From: a virus
Length of the DNA stretch: 64,000 bases
Strand: one strand, 5' to 3'
Virus record (IMG/VR): IMGVR_UViG_3300039106_000653
Location: 5,388-69,387 of that record
A program made the translations under genes and the position numbers. Positions 20,501 to 29,102 of the stretch are shown one piece after another (position 1 is the first letter of the stretch; the number at the start of each line of letters is the position of its first letter). A model generated the notes under the pieces. It saw nothing but the letters and a program-made list of their open reading frames with translations. It was not told the DNA's origin and searched no databases.

Positions 20501-23500
20501 TCCTTACCGTTATACATCACAATAACATCACTATTGGGCGTGTCTTGTGTTGATTCTATCGGTGTATTCTTGCGCTGCTCTGCTGTTAGATATTGTCTTG
20601 CTTGTACATTGCGTGATTCTACTTCGCCTGCTAATCGTTTATATCTTTCTGACGAAGTAAGCTTTCCTTTACCATACTTTAATACTGCAATTTCATTAGT
20701 CCATGAGTTATACAAAGAATCGTGCTCAAAAATATAAAATTCTAACTTTTCTTTCTGCGACCAATCAGCAACGCCTTTTCCATAATCTTTAGCCCAAGCA
20801 TTTGCCTTATCAATTAAGTCTTGCTTTGCATAATCAGCTTCTTCACTAACTTGATTTTCTCTTACGCGAATTTTATCTTCTAACTCATTGATTCTATATT
20901 TGTCTGCTAGCACATTTTGCTGTGAACTGTCTACACTTCCACCACTTGCAAAGCCTTCATTTTCCTGAATAGCGTGTTGTACTTCATGGAGTAGAATATT
21001 TAAAAACTCATCATTTGCGCCTTTAAAACTATAGGGGTCTTTAATTGTTATGGTATTTGATTCTGGGCTAAAACCTGCGCTACTTTTGATGTTGTCATCA
21101 ATTTTGACTCTAACTAGATTTAACTGTGGATATGCCGCAAATAAAGCAGGATGCACCAATACATTTACTAATGGCTCACCATTTTCACGATTAGTGGCTT
21201 TTTCAATCCATGAGTCGCTATCCATTTGACTTGGCTGTAATCTTGCATCACTATCATCAATCTCGAATCGCCATTTACCGTCAACGCCTTTAAACCAGCC
21301 AGTGTCTTTACGGACTTGCTCAGCATCATCACCTTTAGTTAGACGCTCTTGTGCTGTAGATAACTGGTATTTATCTGCTGTCTGTGCATTCTGTCCTGCG
21401 AATGATGTTCTTACGCTATCATCAGTATTACCGATATTATCAAACAACAAACTATCAGGCGCAGTTCTTAGTGCATTCTCTGCCATGTAAGCAATATCAT
21501 CAGTAGTCATCCTAGATGCGTAATTGTAGATAGCGAGTTTCTGTGCTGCGGGTAATGCTTTACCGATATTACGGATAGCTTGACGGAACCATGCTAGTAG
21601 GCGTTTTACGATGCCTAGTTGCGGGTGATATTGTACGAGGTACGCCAACGCTTCTTCGGTAATATGCTCTGCTTTAGTATCTTTAGGTACACGACCAAAA
21701 GCATCAACAACTTTCTTATTGCCGAAGTCACGCATTTGCTCTAACTGCGTAAGTATGGCTTTAAATTCTTTATCGTTTTTGCCAAGCTGTAACGCATGAA
21801 CTGCAATCTCATGATTCAGCAATCCAAAGAGATCGTTATCTTTGTCGATGTTGTTATAGACTAAATAAGTAGTATCTTTTCCGTTAGTATCATCATAGAA
21901 ACCTTGAGCTATAGATGCTTTGTAGCCGCCTATATCATAAGCTTCATCGCTACTAATGATCTTAAACTTACCTGTAGCTAATAAACGATCTACCCAGTTG
22001 CTACCGAACTTAGCATTGAATACTTTACGCATTGATTGCAGTAATGATGCTTCAGTGTGTGGGTTCTCTACTTGGGATTGTGATGTTGAATAAGCAATTC
22101 CATTAAGGCTTTCAGGTAAATCTCCTGATAAAAATGAATCCAGAAGCTCAGAAAATCCTGATCTGTCGCCTTGTTTGGATATAAGTTCTTTTGTAAGAAT
22201 AGCTCGCTTAATCGTTGCTTCGCCAATGCTAAAGCCTGCTTTTCTTGCTTGCTGCGAATGTTTTGCGTATTCGCTTTCTGTAATTTCTTTGCCAGCTTTG
22301 TTTTCAAATTTCCCGGTATTGGTATTGAATCTAGCATCATCAAACCATTGCTTGTCACTGATTGCATTTTCTACATAATCAAGGTTATCGGTGTCATAGA
22401 ATGGACTTAGCTTTGGATTGCTTACGCTGAATTTAATATCGGTATCTTTGCTTGCGTAATGCTCTTTTGCAATTTCCGATGTATGGTAGTCGAAATCAGG
22501 CTCAGGAATGTATTTTCCATCACTGTAATCAGATTGGTTTAGATCAAATGGTTTAAATAATTCAGCACCATAAGCATCATTTAGAGCCATTACAATAACT
22601 TGAGCATTACCATCTTGTGACTCAATAGATATGCCATTAACAAACTGATAAATAACAGCCTTATCATAACCAAGTTTTTGTATAAGGTTAGCAGCTTCTT
22701 TAATATATTTTGCACTCAATACGAAAGTATTATCTTTGAACTTTACTGATTTAAGCGTTATTGGTACATATTGATTGATGCTTCCATTTAAGAACTTACT
22801 TGTTTTAACAATGCCATCAGCATAGGCAGATAAGTTGACTGTTGAAACAACAAAACCTTCGCCATTATTCTTTGCTTCAGTAACGAGATTTTCTATTTTT
22901 GTATATTTAGGGTATCTACCATCTATCCATGTTTCAGCTTCAGATTGTGATTTACCTTCTACCGATGCTCTGCTATATATTGCGTCAGAAAAATTATGTG
23001 AAAGCACTGGCACATCATCACCTGAGTATTTCACAGAAGCAATCATGTGACCATTTGTTGATGTTAGTTTTCCATCGCTTATCAAAAGTCCATTTAGGTA
23101 ATATCTAACATCATCCTTAGCCATTATTGGCAACAATGCTTTTGATATATCCTTAAATGTTTTATTAATTTTAGATACATTTGCTTTTTTGATAAATGGT
23201 ACGATGTCACTTAAAAGCTGAGTTTCAAATCCATTTTGAATATATCCTTGTTTAGATATTTTTGGTGCTACTTTAGGTAATAGCCTGTTTAAGAATAATC
23301 TTGCGGCATCGGCGTAGGCTTTATCACTGGAGACTCTTTTCTCATAATCCCCTTCATCAAATAATCGCAATGAGTAAGTAATGTCATCACCAAGAAAATC
23401 ACTTGAATCCTTTACAGGTTGTGCAATACCTTTTGCTTCTGTTGGCTTATCTTTTAATTCTTTATCATTTTTTTCTGCAATAGATACAAGATGAGCTATA

Positions 23501-24717
23501 TGCGGATTACCTAATATGCTAGCGTCATTAATGTATCTATAATCTCCAACGTTAACCTTTGTATTTACAGCTAGTTTAGCAAAATCTTTATATTTATCTT
23601 TATACTCCTGGTTGCCATCTAATTCTGTAAAAGTGGAAACGAATTTTTCAACCCAATCTTGCTCTAGCTTTTTATCATCACTATAAGCAGCGTAAGTATA
23701 AAAGTCAGTGACCAAATCATTTACAATATTTTTTAACTTATCAGAAGTAAGTAAATCACTTGCAATGCTGTCGCTATCTGAAACATCATTAATTATTTTT
23801 TCTTCTGATTGCTGGCTTTGTGATTCTGTATCATCTTCAAGTTCAGACGATAATTTACCAAAACCCAATTTCTCTTTAGCTTTTCGATCTTCTATTTCTT
23901 TCGATGAAAGTCCACCTTTAACTTCATTTTCTGTAATAACACCTTTATCTAGTGCGGCCTGATAAAGATTTACACCGTCCTGCCATAGCTTTTGATACTC
24001 ACTGTTGTTAGCTATTTCAAAAGCAGTTTTAAATGCTTTTACTTCTTTTTCTTTTCTAATTCCTGATTTATAAGCAAGTTCTTCTGGTGATTTATTTGAG
24101 CTAAACGCAAACGATTCAGCACCAGCATCTAAGCCTTTGTTAAAAGCGCCTCTGACATTATCTTTTACCAATATTGGATTTTTTGCATCAGCTTCAAGGT
24201 TGATTTGTGATTCTGAATCACTAGGTAATTTAGCTACCCTAACTCGAATATTCCTTAGCTTTTCATTACTTTTTAATCTTTCAGGATAATCCTTGCTACT
24301 ACTCATTCTTGCAATACTACCTACTCCACCAGTGTATGCATTATTAACAATCGCGTCTGTTAAAATATCCTGATAAGCAACAGATAGTCCTAGTTTTTTA
24401 TTGCCTTTAGAAACTAGCTTTTCAAATTCATCCTCAGTAATGAATTTTGTTTTTTCATCAAGCACGCCTTTTATAGCATGTTTTCCATTAGGTATATTAT
24501 TGAATACATAAGCAATGACAGTACCCATATCTGACTGCTTCTGTTCATATTCTGTTTTAGGTGATTCTGCTTTGACCTCACTCACACCTGTTAAGGACTT
24601 ATAATCAAACTTAACATCAGGATAAAGCTTTTCTAATCCACCATTAGCTAAGTAGGCTTTAAACTCATTCTGTGAGATAAAATCTTCCGTTCCTGGCAAA
24701 GCATAGGTACACGCCAT
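17521..24717 (-). CDS. Giant polyvalent internal-virion/ejection protein: beta-clamp-like region, zincin-like HExxH domains, LPD23-like and LPD38-like regions
   Basis: MAKDDVRYYLNG...TNGH...IDGRYPKY (DnaN-like); HEIAVH/EEALAY; TGWFKGVDGKWRFEIDD; LHEVQHAIQ..EGFASGG and YKRLAGEVESR; C-terminal KIPVGFG region; last gene of the virion operon. Confidence 0.85.
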   Translation of the reverse strand: MACTYALPGTEDFISQNEFKAYLANGGLEKLYPDVKFDYKSLTGVSEVKAESPKTEYEQKQSDMGTVIAYVFNNIPNGKHAIKGVLDEKTKFITEDEFEKLVSKGNKKLGLSVAYQDILTDAIVNNAYTGGVGSIARMSSSKDYPERLKSNEKLRNIRVRVAKLPSDSESQINLEADAKNPILVKDNVRGAFNKGLDAGAESFAFSSNKSPEELAYKSGIRKEKEVKAFKTAFEIANNSEYQKLWQDGVNLYQAALDKGVITENEVKGGLSSKEIEDRKAKEKLGFGKLSSELEDDTESQSQQSEEKIINDVSDSDSIASDLLTSDKLKNIVNDLVTDFYTYAAYSDDKKLEQDWVEKFVSTFTELDGNQEYKDKYKDFAKLAVNTKVNVGDYRYINDASILGNPHIAHLVSIAEKNDKELKDKPTEAKGIAQPVKDSSDFLGDDITYSLRLFDEGDYEKRVSSDKAYADAARLFLNRLLPKVAPKISKQGYIQNGFETQLLSDIVPFIKKANVSKINKTFKDISKALLPIMAKDDVRYYLNGLLISDGKLTSTNGHMIASVKYSGDDVPVLSHNFSDAIYSRASVEGKSQSEAETWIDGRYPKYTKIENLVTEAKNNGEGFVVSTVNLSAYADGIVKTSKFLNGSINQYVPITLKSVKFKDNTFVLSAKYIKEAANLIQKLGYDKAVIYQFVNGISIESQDGNAQVIVMALNDAYGAELFKPFDLNQSDYSDGKYIPEPDFDYHTSEIAKEHYASKDTDIKFSVSNPKLSPFYDTDNLDYVENAISDKQWFDDARFNTNTGKFENKAGKEITESEYAKHSQQARKAGFSIGEATIKRAILTKELISKQGDRSGFSELLDSFLSGDLPESLNGIAYSTSQSQVENPHTEASLLQSMRKVFNAKFGSNWVDRLLATGKFKIISSDEAYDIGGYKASIAQGFYDDTNGKDTTYLVYNNIDKDNDLFGLLNHEIAVHALQLGKNDKEFKAILTQLEQMRDFGNKKVVDAFGRVPKDTKAEHITEEALAYLVQYHPQLGIVKRLLAWFRQAIRNIGKALPAAQKLAIYNYASRMTTDDIAYMAENALRTAPDSLLFDNIGNTDDSVRTSFAGQNAQTADKYQLSTAQERLTKGDDAEQVRKDTGWFKGVDGKWRFEIDDSDARLQPSQMDSDSWIEKATNRENGEPLVNVLVHPALFAAYPQLNLVRVKIDDNIKSSAGFSPESNTITIKDPYSFKGANDEFLNILLHEVQHAIQENEGFASGGSVDSSQQNVLADKYRINELEDKIRVRENQVSEEADYAKQDLIDKANAWAKDYGKGVADWSQKEKLEFYIFEHDSLYNSWTNEIAVLKYGKGKLTSSERYKRLAGEVESRNVQARQYLTAEQRKNTPIESTQDTPNSDVIVMYNGKEMHSAPANAGDNNEIRFSIASNIADRAKRTVLGDNTETPRSLDEFNQILQSGRMPERRDTWNDTADKLVELFADATRPFDVWTRKLPDAIKAAQLVMAKDRAVERKKAFEKEIMLKFGDDIGKSIRAVMNKAGWKDYRATKEMTGQWMTARYAQIANQNLLKGYKEKEQEAFQELDAFNNNPDPMMTSSEIAGERERLANALDRATKKVNQFEAAMNSPDIIDPTVQKHEIGLAGGYNNATAQKHMANIERVLDKGLIEKVANHVYAMNAYKLQQDIKNGKITQEAADKFDKSGFYVPLTGDPRNDDSSDDFFTTGNLNQQNDKRLQGRQTSLAQNGIDASFEQAEKSARYHGWLDFKDKLTEVYDDLVKGFVDTGSTEQEAVREVAEKYGINRHAERQGQRTSDDGIIVRKGDSVWVYDLNNKAAIDALRSINHEETPTLLKPVAFLNAWNSRFITQFMPFFAIKNALMDTFERSENIRARTIPGYDNVDMNLAGKRTLAIASTQTMKLLKKIMSISALGTPLEGGVNFLGMKMDLTVDYSDPETLSILEFLNEGGASTWGDYLNTDSKGLSEKLEKIGTWTKGSMDVVHTWNQSFDLISGYAVYKALREQNVDVKTAATTSLNLFNFSKRGRIMSPIRALWMFAQPAATSAHQLAQSLQTKRGQYRLYSYIIAGYMLYSLLRSGDDDDELGVNNMDELGNFNLYRNIPIPVGNGVYAKIPVGFGLPQLAWSTAVNLAKFTQGNQSAGETLTEMVYGAIKIASPVAPSDTAISDHPAIWFMQSITPQPFKGIANVGMDVNAFGNSLTNAKFAKDNKAKALQGRKTTPEEYKMFAQEMAKLGFDVYPEEVREIARTYMPFPVVFNTLIKQFIENPSREARGKQTVSPFVDRWVLAQDDDALKEKLFYRYIARVNDLSAEASVGSKLTPEEAQLAELGDEINHRINQANGKMAAATKAEKDGKSGKAKLLKLEADRLRDKSMEYLIRQYTKIAA

Positions 24718-24887
24718 TAAACTTCCCCTGCTAGTTTCAACGCAAGTTCACAAATAGTTGCTGTAAATTCTTCTACCGAATAATCTTCTTGATAGATAGC
24801 ATCACGGATAGGATGACCGCTATCAGAGTATTCAACGACATCCTTAGCCAGTTCTAGTAATTGTCTTTCTTTAGGTGTGAGTTTCAT
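24717..24887 (-). CDS. 56-aa protein not in the ORF track
   Basis: MKLTPKERQLLELAKDVVEYSDSGHPIRDAIYQEDYSVEEFTATICELALKLAGEV; SD AAGGCGG; its TAA overlaps the ATG of the giant gene. Confidence 0.65.
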   Translation of the reverse strand: MKLTPKERQLLELAKDVVEYSDSGHPIRDAIYQEDYSVEEFTATICELALKLAGEV

Positions 24888-24895
24888 TAACCGCC

Positions 24896-25087
24896 TTATA
24901 AGTTAGCAAACACTGAATCAATATGTGCTTGCTCTATTTCATCTATTTCATCGGAGAATTGGGAGAATTGATCTGGCTTATGGAGTACATAGTATTCAAC
25001 TTCACCACCAAGACCATCGTAAATAAAGTCGTCAAAGTCATCAGTGAACATTGAGTCGATGACTTCTTCTCGATTTGGCGCAAGCAT
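24896..25087 (-). CDS. Small highly acidic protein
   Basis: 63 aa, D/E-rich; TAATG-coupled to the ferritin. Confidence 0.6.
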   Translation of the reverse strand: MLAPNREEVIDSMFTDDFDDFIYDGLGGEVEYYVLHKPDQFSQFSDEIDEIEQAHIDSVFANL

Positions 25088-25572
25088 TATTTACTGCCAA
25101 GTTCGTTATCGAATACCAGAATATCCCCGCCAAGGTCTAGTCTTTGCAGTAAGTCTGCGTACTCACCAATAGACTTATTTTGAATCTCTAGGAATTGCAG
25201 CAAGAATTGACCAGTAATAGGCTCCACTGTCACTGTCTTTTTGTACCAGTCTGCATATTTTGCACCTAATGCAACTTCAGCCTCATATCCAGCCTCTAAG
25301 GCATCTTTTAGGCTTGTTACTTCAGTGGCGATAGATTCTATAGTGGGTGTTTCTGCAACGCTGCCACGATCATTGATGAAGTCTACAATGCGTTCATAGT
25401 GCGTTAGCTCGTCTGCGCTTTCTGCTTTGAAGTATTTTTGTGCACCGAACAATCCTAATCGCTGACATTGGTTAGCGAGGTGTCGGTAAAGATGTGATGC
25501 GTGTAATTCTTGTTCGATAGCTTGTTCAAGTATTTCGGTAGTGAGTGGTGTTAGGAATGATTTTAATTGCAT
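25087..25572 (-). CDS. ftnA: Non-heme ferritin (FtnA-like)
   Basis: QELHASHLY, GLFGAQKYF..ESADELTH, FINDRG, EAE, FL..Q, and an E-helix-like ILVFDNEL. Confidence 0.88.
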   Translation of the reverse strand: MQLKSFLTPLTTEILEQAIEQELHASHLYRHLANQCQRLGLFGAQKYFKAESADELTHYERIVDFINDRGSVAETPTIESIATEVTSLKDALEAGYEAEVALGAKYADWYKKTVTVEPITGQFLLQFLEIQNKSIGEYADLLQRLDLGGDILVFDNELGSK

Positions 25573-25575
25573 TAA

Positions 25576-26211
25576 TTATCCGCAGTGGTATCTAACTTTA
25601 TCTGATTGCGCTTGTTCTTCTGGTGTCATATTATTTTTATTTTTAACATTATATCCAATACCATAAGGTATCGGAGAGTTTTCATTTTCATTATCTGTAA
25701 TAACATCATGCCAGTAATTCTGAATAAAAGCCATTTGCTGTACTTGATCTTCTGTAATATTATATTCTTTACCATATGTGTTAATTATATCACTAGCTGA
25801 TAATATTTTCGTACCTAGCTTATCAAATACGGTTTCAATATTACTTTTTGCTTTTTCTAGCTTAGGTCTTTTAAGCTCATTTAATGAACTATTAATCTTT
25901 TGAATTGCTTTGTTATTGTCATTAATTTGCTTTTTTAATGACTTTTTTTGATCTTGTTTAGACGCAAGAATATCATTGTACTGTGGTAACTGCTTTACAG
26001 AATTTATTAGTGCATCAGCAAGTAGTTTGTGGCCTGAAATATATTGCTCTTTGCTTTCATTTGCAGCATCAATATACAATGCATCAACAGATTTTCTTTT
26101 AGCTAATGGCTTTTTATTTTCCTCTATCTTTAGTTCATCAACTCTTTCATTGATATATTTAAAATCTTCTTTGTCTAAGTGCTTAATGCCGCATAACGAT
26201 GGTGAACCCAT
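25576..26211 (-). CDS. Hypothetical helical protein in the ejection locus
   Basis: Coupled by a TAATG overlap; Cys near both termini. Confidence 0.6.
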   Translation of the reverse strand: MGSPSLCGIKHLDKEDFKYINERVDELKIEENKKPLAKRKSVDALYIDAANESKEQYISGHKLLADALINSVKQLPQYNDILASKQDQKKSLKKQINDNNKAIQKINSSLNELKRPKLEKAKSNIETVFDKLGTKILSASDIINTYGKEYNITEDQVQQMAFIQNYWHDVITDNENENSPIPYGIGYNVKNKNNMTPEEQAQSDKVRYHCG

Positions 26212-27113
26212 TAAATGATACCTCTATAAAATAAATCAACTAATACCAATACCACAGATTCTTCCTCGTCATTATCTTCATTAATAATTAAATCTTTATT
26301 CTTTTCTAGCTTAATAGTTAGCTTTCTTTTATCAAAGTTCTTTTGAAAGATAAGATTGCTACTACCGCCACGCAAAAACTGTGGCAATACATAGGGTGTA
26401 ATTGTTACTGCATCTGATGCAATCGTGCTACTATAAAATGTATTATCGTTAACAAATAGGCTTGGCGATAATGTTCCAGCTATAAATACATTGCTGCTAA
26501 AAAATGTATTGTCATTTGATAATAAAGGTGCTGTTACTGTGCTGTTACTAACTAAACTTGCAGAGTAAAAGCTATCGGCATCAGCAAATAATACTGGCGA
26601 TACAAAGCTATTGCCTACTACAGAATGACCGTAGAATGTATTGCTATTAGTAAATAATGTGGGTAATAAGCTACCTGAAGCAGCACTGATTGTAGGACTG
26701 AAAAAAGTATCAGCGTCAGTGTATAAGCTTGGTGATAATGTATTTAAACTAGATGCACTTGAAATAAAGAATGTATTAGTGTTACTGAACAGTGATACAG
26801 GTAATGTTGAATTACTTGTAATAGCCTCACTGTAAAAAGTATTTTGATTGCTAAATACAGAAGGCGTAATAGCATTATTACTTGTAACTGTTTCAGCAAA
26901 AAATGTATTACTATTGGAAAATAATAACGGCGAAAGCGTATTGTTATTTAATACATTTTCACTGTAAAAAGTATTGGTATTAGTATATAACGATGGAGTT
27001 AGACTTGCGCTAGATGTTACCTGTGCAGCATAAAAGCTATTGGTATTAACAACTAATGGAGGTGATAGCGCACCAGCGATTGCACCAGATGCTAACGCAA
27101 GTAGTAAGGACAT
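26211..27113 (-). CDS. Repeat-containing virion-like protein (about ten 22-aa repeats)
   Basis: Consensus PSLFxNxNTFYS; C-terminal DNDEEESVVLVLV. Confidence 0.75.
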   Translation of the reverse strand: MSLLLALASGAIAGALSPPLVVNTNSFYAAQVTSSASLTPSLYTNTNTFYSENVLNNNTLSPLLFSNSNTFFAETVTSNNAITPSVFSNQNTFYSEAITSNSTLPVSLFSNTNTFFISSASSLNTLSPSLYTDADTFFSPTISAASGSLLPTLFTNSNTFYGHSVVGNSFVSPVLFADADSFYSASLVSNSTVTAPLLSNDNTFFSSNVFIAGTLSPSLFVNDNTFYSSTIASDAVTITPYVLPQFLRGGSSNLIFQKNFDKRKLTIKLEKNKDLIINEDNDEEESVVLVLVDLFYRGII

Positions 27114-27463
27114 TAAATTATGCTGCCCTCAATTTTTCCTGTAGCCAAAACATATTGATAAATCTGCTTGACTAGATCATCCCGCCTAGTCATTCCTGCT
27201 TCTGGTTGTGCATCCAATACTTTTGATAGATCACTTGGCGATATTTCAAACATCATTGAGTCAATAGGAGTGAAGATATTATCCACTATCTCGCCTTTAC
27301 GCATTACGAGAGTAGCGCCACCATCAGCATTGAATGTTAATGGCAATGGTAAATAGTAATAAGTCTTTGGATTACACTGTATCATTAGACATCTTCCTTC
27401 CAATTTAATGCTGCCCAGAATGTAGGAGCTACCGTAGCTGCCGCACCCAACACGCCTACACAT
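27113..27463 (-). CDS. Hypothetical protein (probable start 27385)
   Basis: TAATG coupling with the preceding gene. Confidence 0.55.
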   Translation of the reverse strand: MCRRVGCGSYGSSYILGSIKLEGRCLMIQCNPKTYYYLPLPLTFNADGGATLVMRKGEIVDNIFTPIDSMMFEISPSDLSKVLDAQPEAGMTRRDDLVKQIYQYVLATGKIEGSII

Positions 27464-28878
27464 AACACCATGATTGAGCCGCCAGTAGTTGCTGCCGTAC
27501 CAGCCGCCGTGTTAGCCATCTTGATTAAGTTATCTTCAAAATATTCAAAATCAATCGCGTTATTGATATTGACAGTGGTCGGAATAATACCTTGAGCAAC
27601 AATAATTCCACCTGCGATTGCTGTCGCTGTGGTTGAAGCTGTATCTACTTGTGCGCCTTCGGTAGTTAACGCAGCAAATGTAGCACCTGTAAATGTACTC
27701 GGCGCATAAATCAAAGCCCATGTAAACGCTGTCGGCCCTGTACCTGCTGCTGCAACCATGATATTTGCTTTAGTAGGTATAACAGATGCCCTACGACTAA
27801 TATCATTCGTACCAGAAGGTCTAAGTGCAATTAATGGATACCATGAACCAATGGCTGCTGTAGCTGATATTGCTTTTGCCGCACCTGATACGTTAGCTAT
27901 AAACGATCTATAGCGCCATGTAACCCGCCGCGCAAAAATATCACCTTCTTGAACTACCGAACAGTTAACCAGTTTAAGCAATCCAGCCTGTGCAGTTACA
28001 CCTGTAGTAAATATCTCTGCACGCATAGGAAAAGAGCCTGTTCTTGACCAAGGCACAGCAAGATTGTTTACTGAGTTAAATTGATGCGCCCAAACAATAC
28101 CACCTGAACCTGTCTCGAATCCTACTCGAATAGTACCTACACCAAGCCATTGCCATTCAATAACTAAGTGCTGAGTCTTGGTAAAATCTAAATTAATACC
28201 CGATGCGCCTGTACCATTTAACAAGTCGATATTCCATGACGCTTGCACTACCTGCTCAACAGCACCTACACCACCACCTGTGAGATAGCGTCTACTAATG
28301 AATAGCGCAGTACCTACAGCTTCTAAGAAAATACCATCACCCGCGTTTGATGGGAACGTACCTTGGTCTGTAAAACACCCTACTCTCCATGTTTGGTTTG
28401 CTTGTAATACTGTAGCGTTAAAAGTAAATTGCGCTTTAGTTGATATACCGGGAGCGTAGCGGATATGATAAAGCGATTGAATCCAATACCCCGTTGCTGA
28501 GGCTGTTGTTGTATTTAAATTCTGACACGCATCGTTGTTAAGTGTAGGAGGAGCACCTGCAACCGCAATAGCAGCGGGTAACAATGTACCAGCACCGTAA
28601 GCGGCTGAATCCCAATATTCCGCTCTAATCCCATTTGCGAAGGTGTAAGCAAACGCAATACGAGGCTCAGACACCCTTAGTCTTTGAAACGAATCTACTA
28701 TTGGGTCTTGATCTGCAAAACTGATGTAATTTTGGTTTGCCCAGACGTTAGATAATTGAACAGGTACAGGGTTAGCTAATGTAGCTATGGATGTGCCGTT
28801 TTTACCGATTGTTGAAATGCTCATTATGCGAAAACCCACGCTATAGTGTAGATGCCATGTGCTAACACTGTGTTGCAC
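27385..28878 (-). CDS. Virion structural/fibre-like protein (probable start 28824)
   Basis: DSFQRLRVSEP motif; beta-rich lectin-like EWQWLGVGTIRVGF segment. Confidence 0.65.
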   Translation of the reverse strand: MQHSVSTWHLHYSVGFRIMSISTIGKNGTSIATLANPVPVQLSNVWANQNYISFADQDPIVDSFQRLRVSEPRIAFAYTFANGIRAEYWDSAAYGAGTLLPAAIAVAGAPPTLNNDACQNLNTTTASATGYWIQSLYHIRYAPGISTKAQFTFNATVLQANQTWRVGCFTDQGTFPSNAGDGIFLEAVGTALFISRRYLTGGGVGAVEQVVQASWNIDLLNGTGASGINLDFTKTQHLVIEWQWLGVGTIRVGFETGSGGIVWAHQFNSVNNLAVPWSRTGSFPMRAEIFTTGVTAQAGLLKLVNCSVVQEGDIFARRVTWRYRSFIANVSGAAKAISATAAIGSWYPLIALRPSGTNDISRRASVIPTKANIMVAAAGTGPTAFTWALIYAPSTFTGATFAALTTEGAQVDTASTTATAIAGGIIVAQGIIPTTVNINNAIDFEYFEDNLIKMANTAAGTAATTGGSIMVLCVGVLGAAATVAPTFWAALNWKEDV

Positions 28879-29093
28879 TTAGCATAAATTGTGAAGCCAG
28901 AACTATTAACTATATTTCCAGCTATAACTGTTAAATCTTCTACCCAGTGACAATCAGCTTCATTATTTGTTGTAGCAGTTGGGAATATCCAAGCTTCAAC
29001 TAGATTGCTACTTGTGATAGTAGGTGCTGATACAAATACCGATGCATCCGATGAACCAGCGCCAAAATTAACTGTTGTTGTACCTTGCGCCAT
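28824..29093 (-). CDS. Small virion-like protein
   Basis: Beta-rich; coupled. Confidence 0.55.
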   Translation of the reverse strand: MAQGTTTVNFGAGSSDASVFVSAPTITSSNLVEAWIFPTATTNNEADCHWVEDLTVIAGNIVNSSGFTIYAKCNTVLAHGIYTIAWVFA

Positions 29094-29102
29094 TACCTAT
29101 CC

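Noticed and set aside
22580-23170. A separate dnaN gene or a host-DNA chimera
   Set aside because: The segment is in frame within one continuous 2398-aa ORF, is diverged and lacks domain I; treated as a domain fusion
20135-23962. Plus-strand ORFs within the giant gene (also 29005..29373, 33522..33821, 47561..47977, 49831..50133, 61996..62557)
   Set aside because: Antisense shadows of well-supported genes, S/L-rich, with no SD or motifs
26420-27065. CRISPR-like periodic array (66-bp period)
   Set aside because: The periodicity is at protein level inside an ORF; there are no identical DNA repeats with unique spacers
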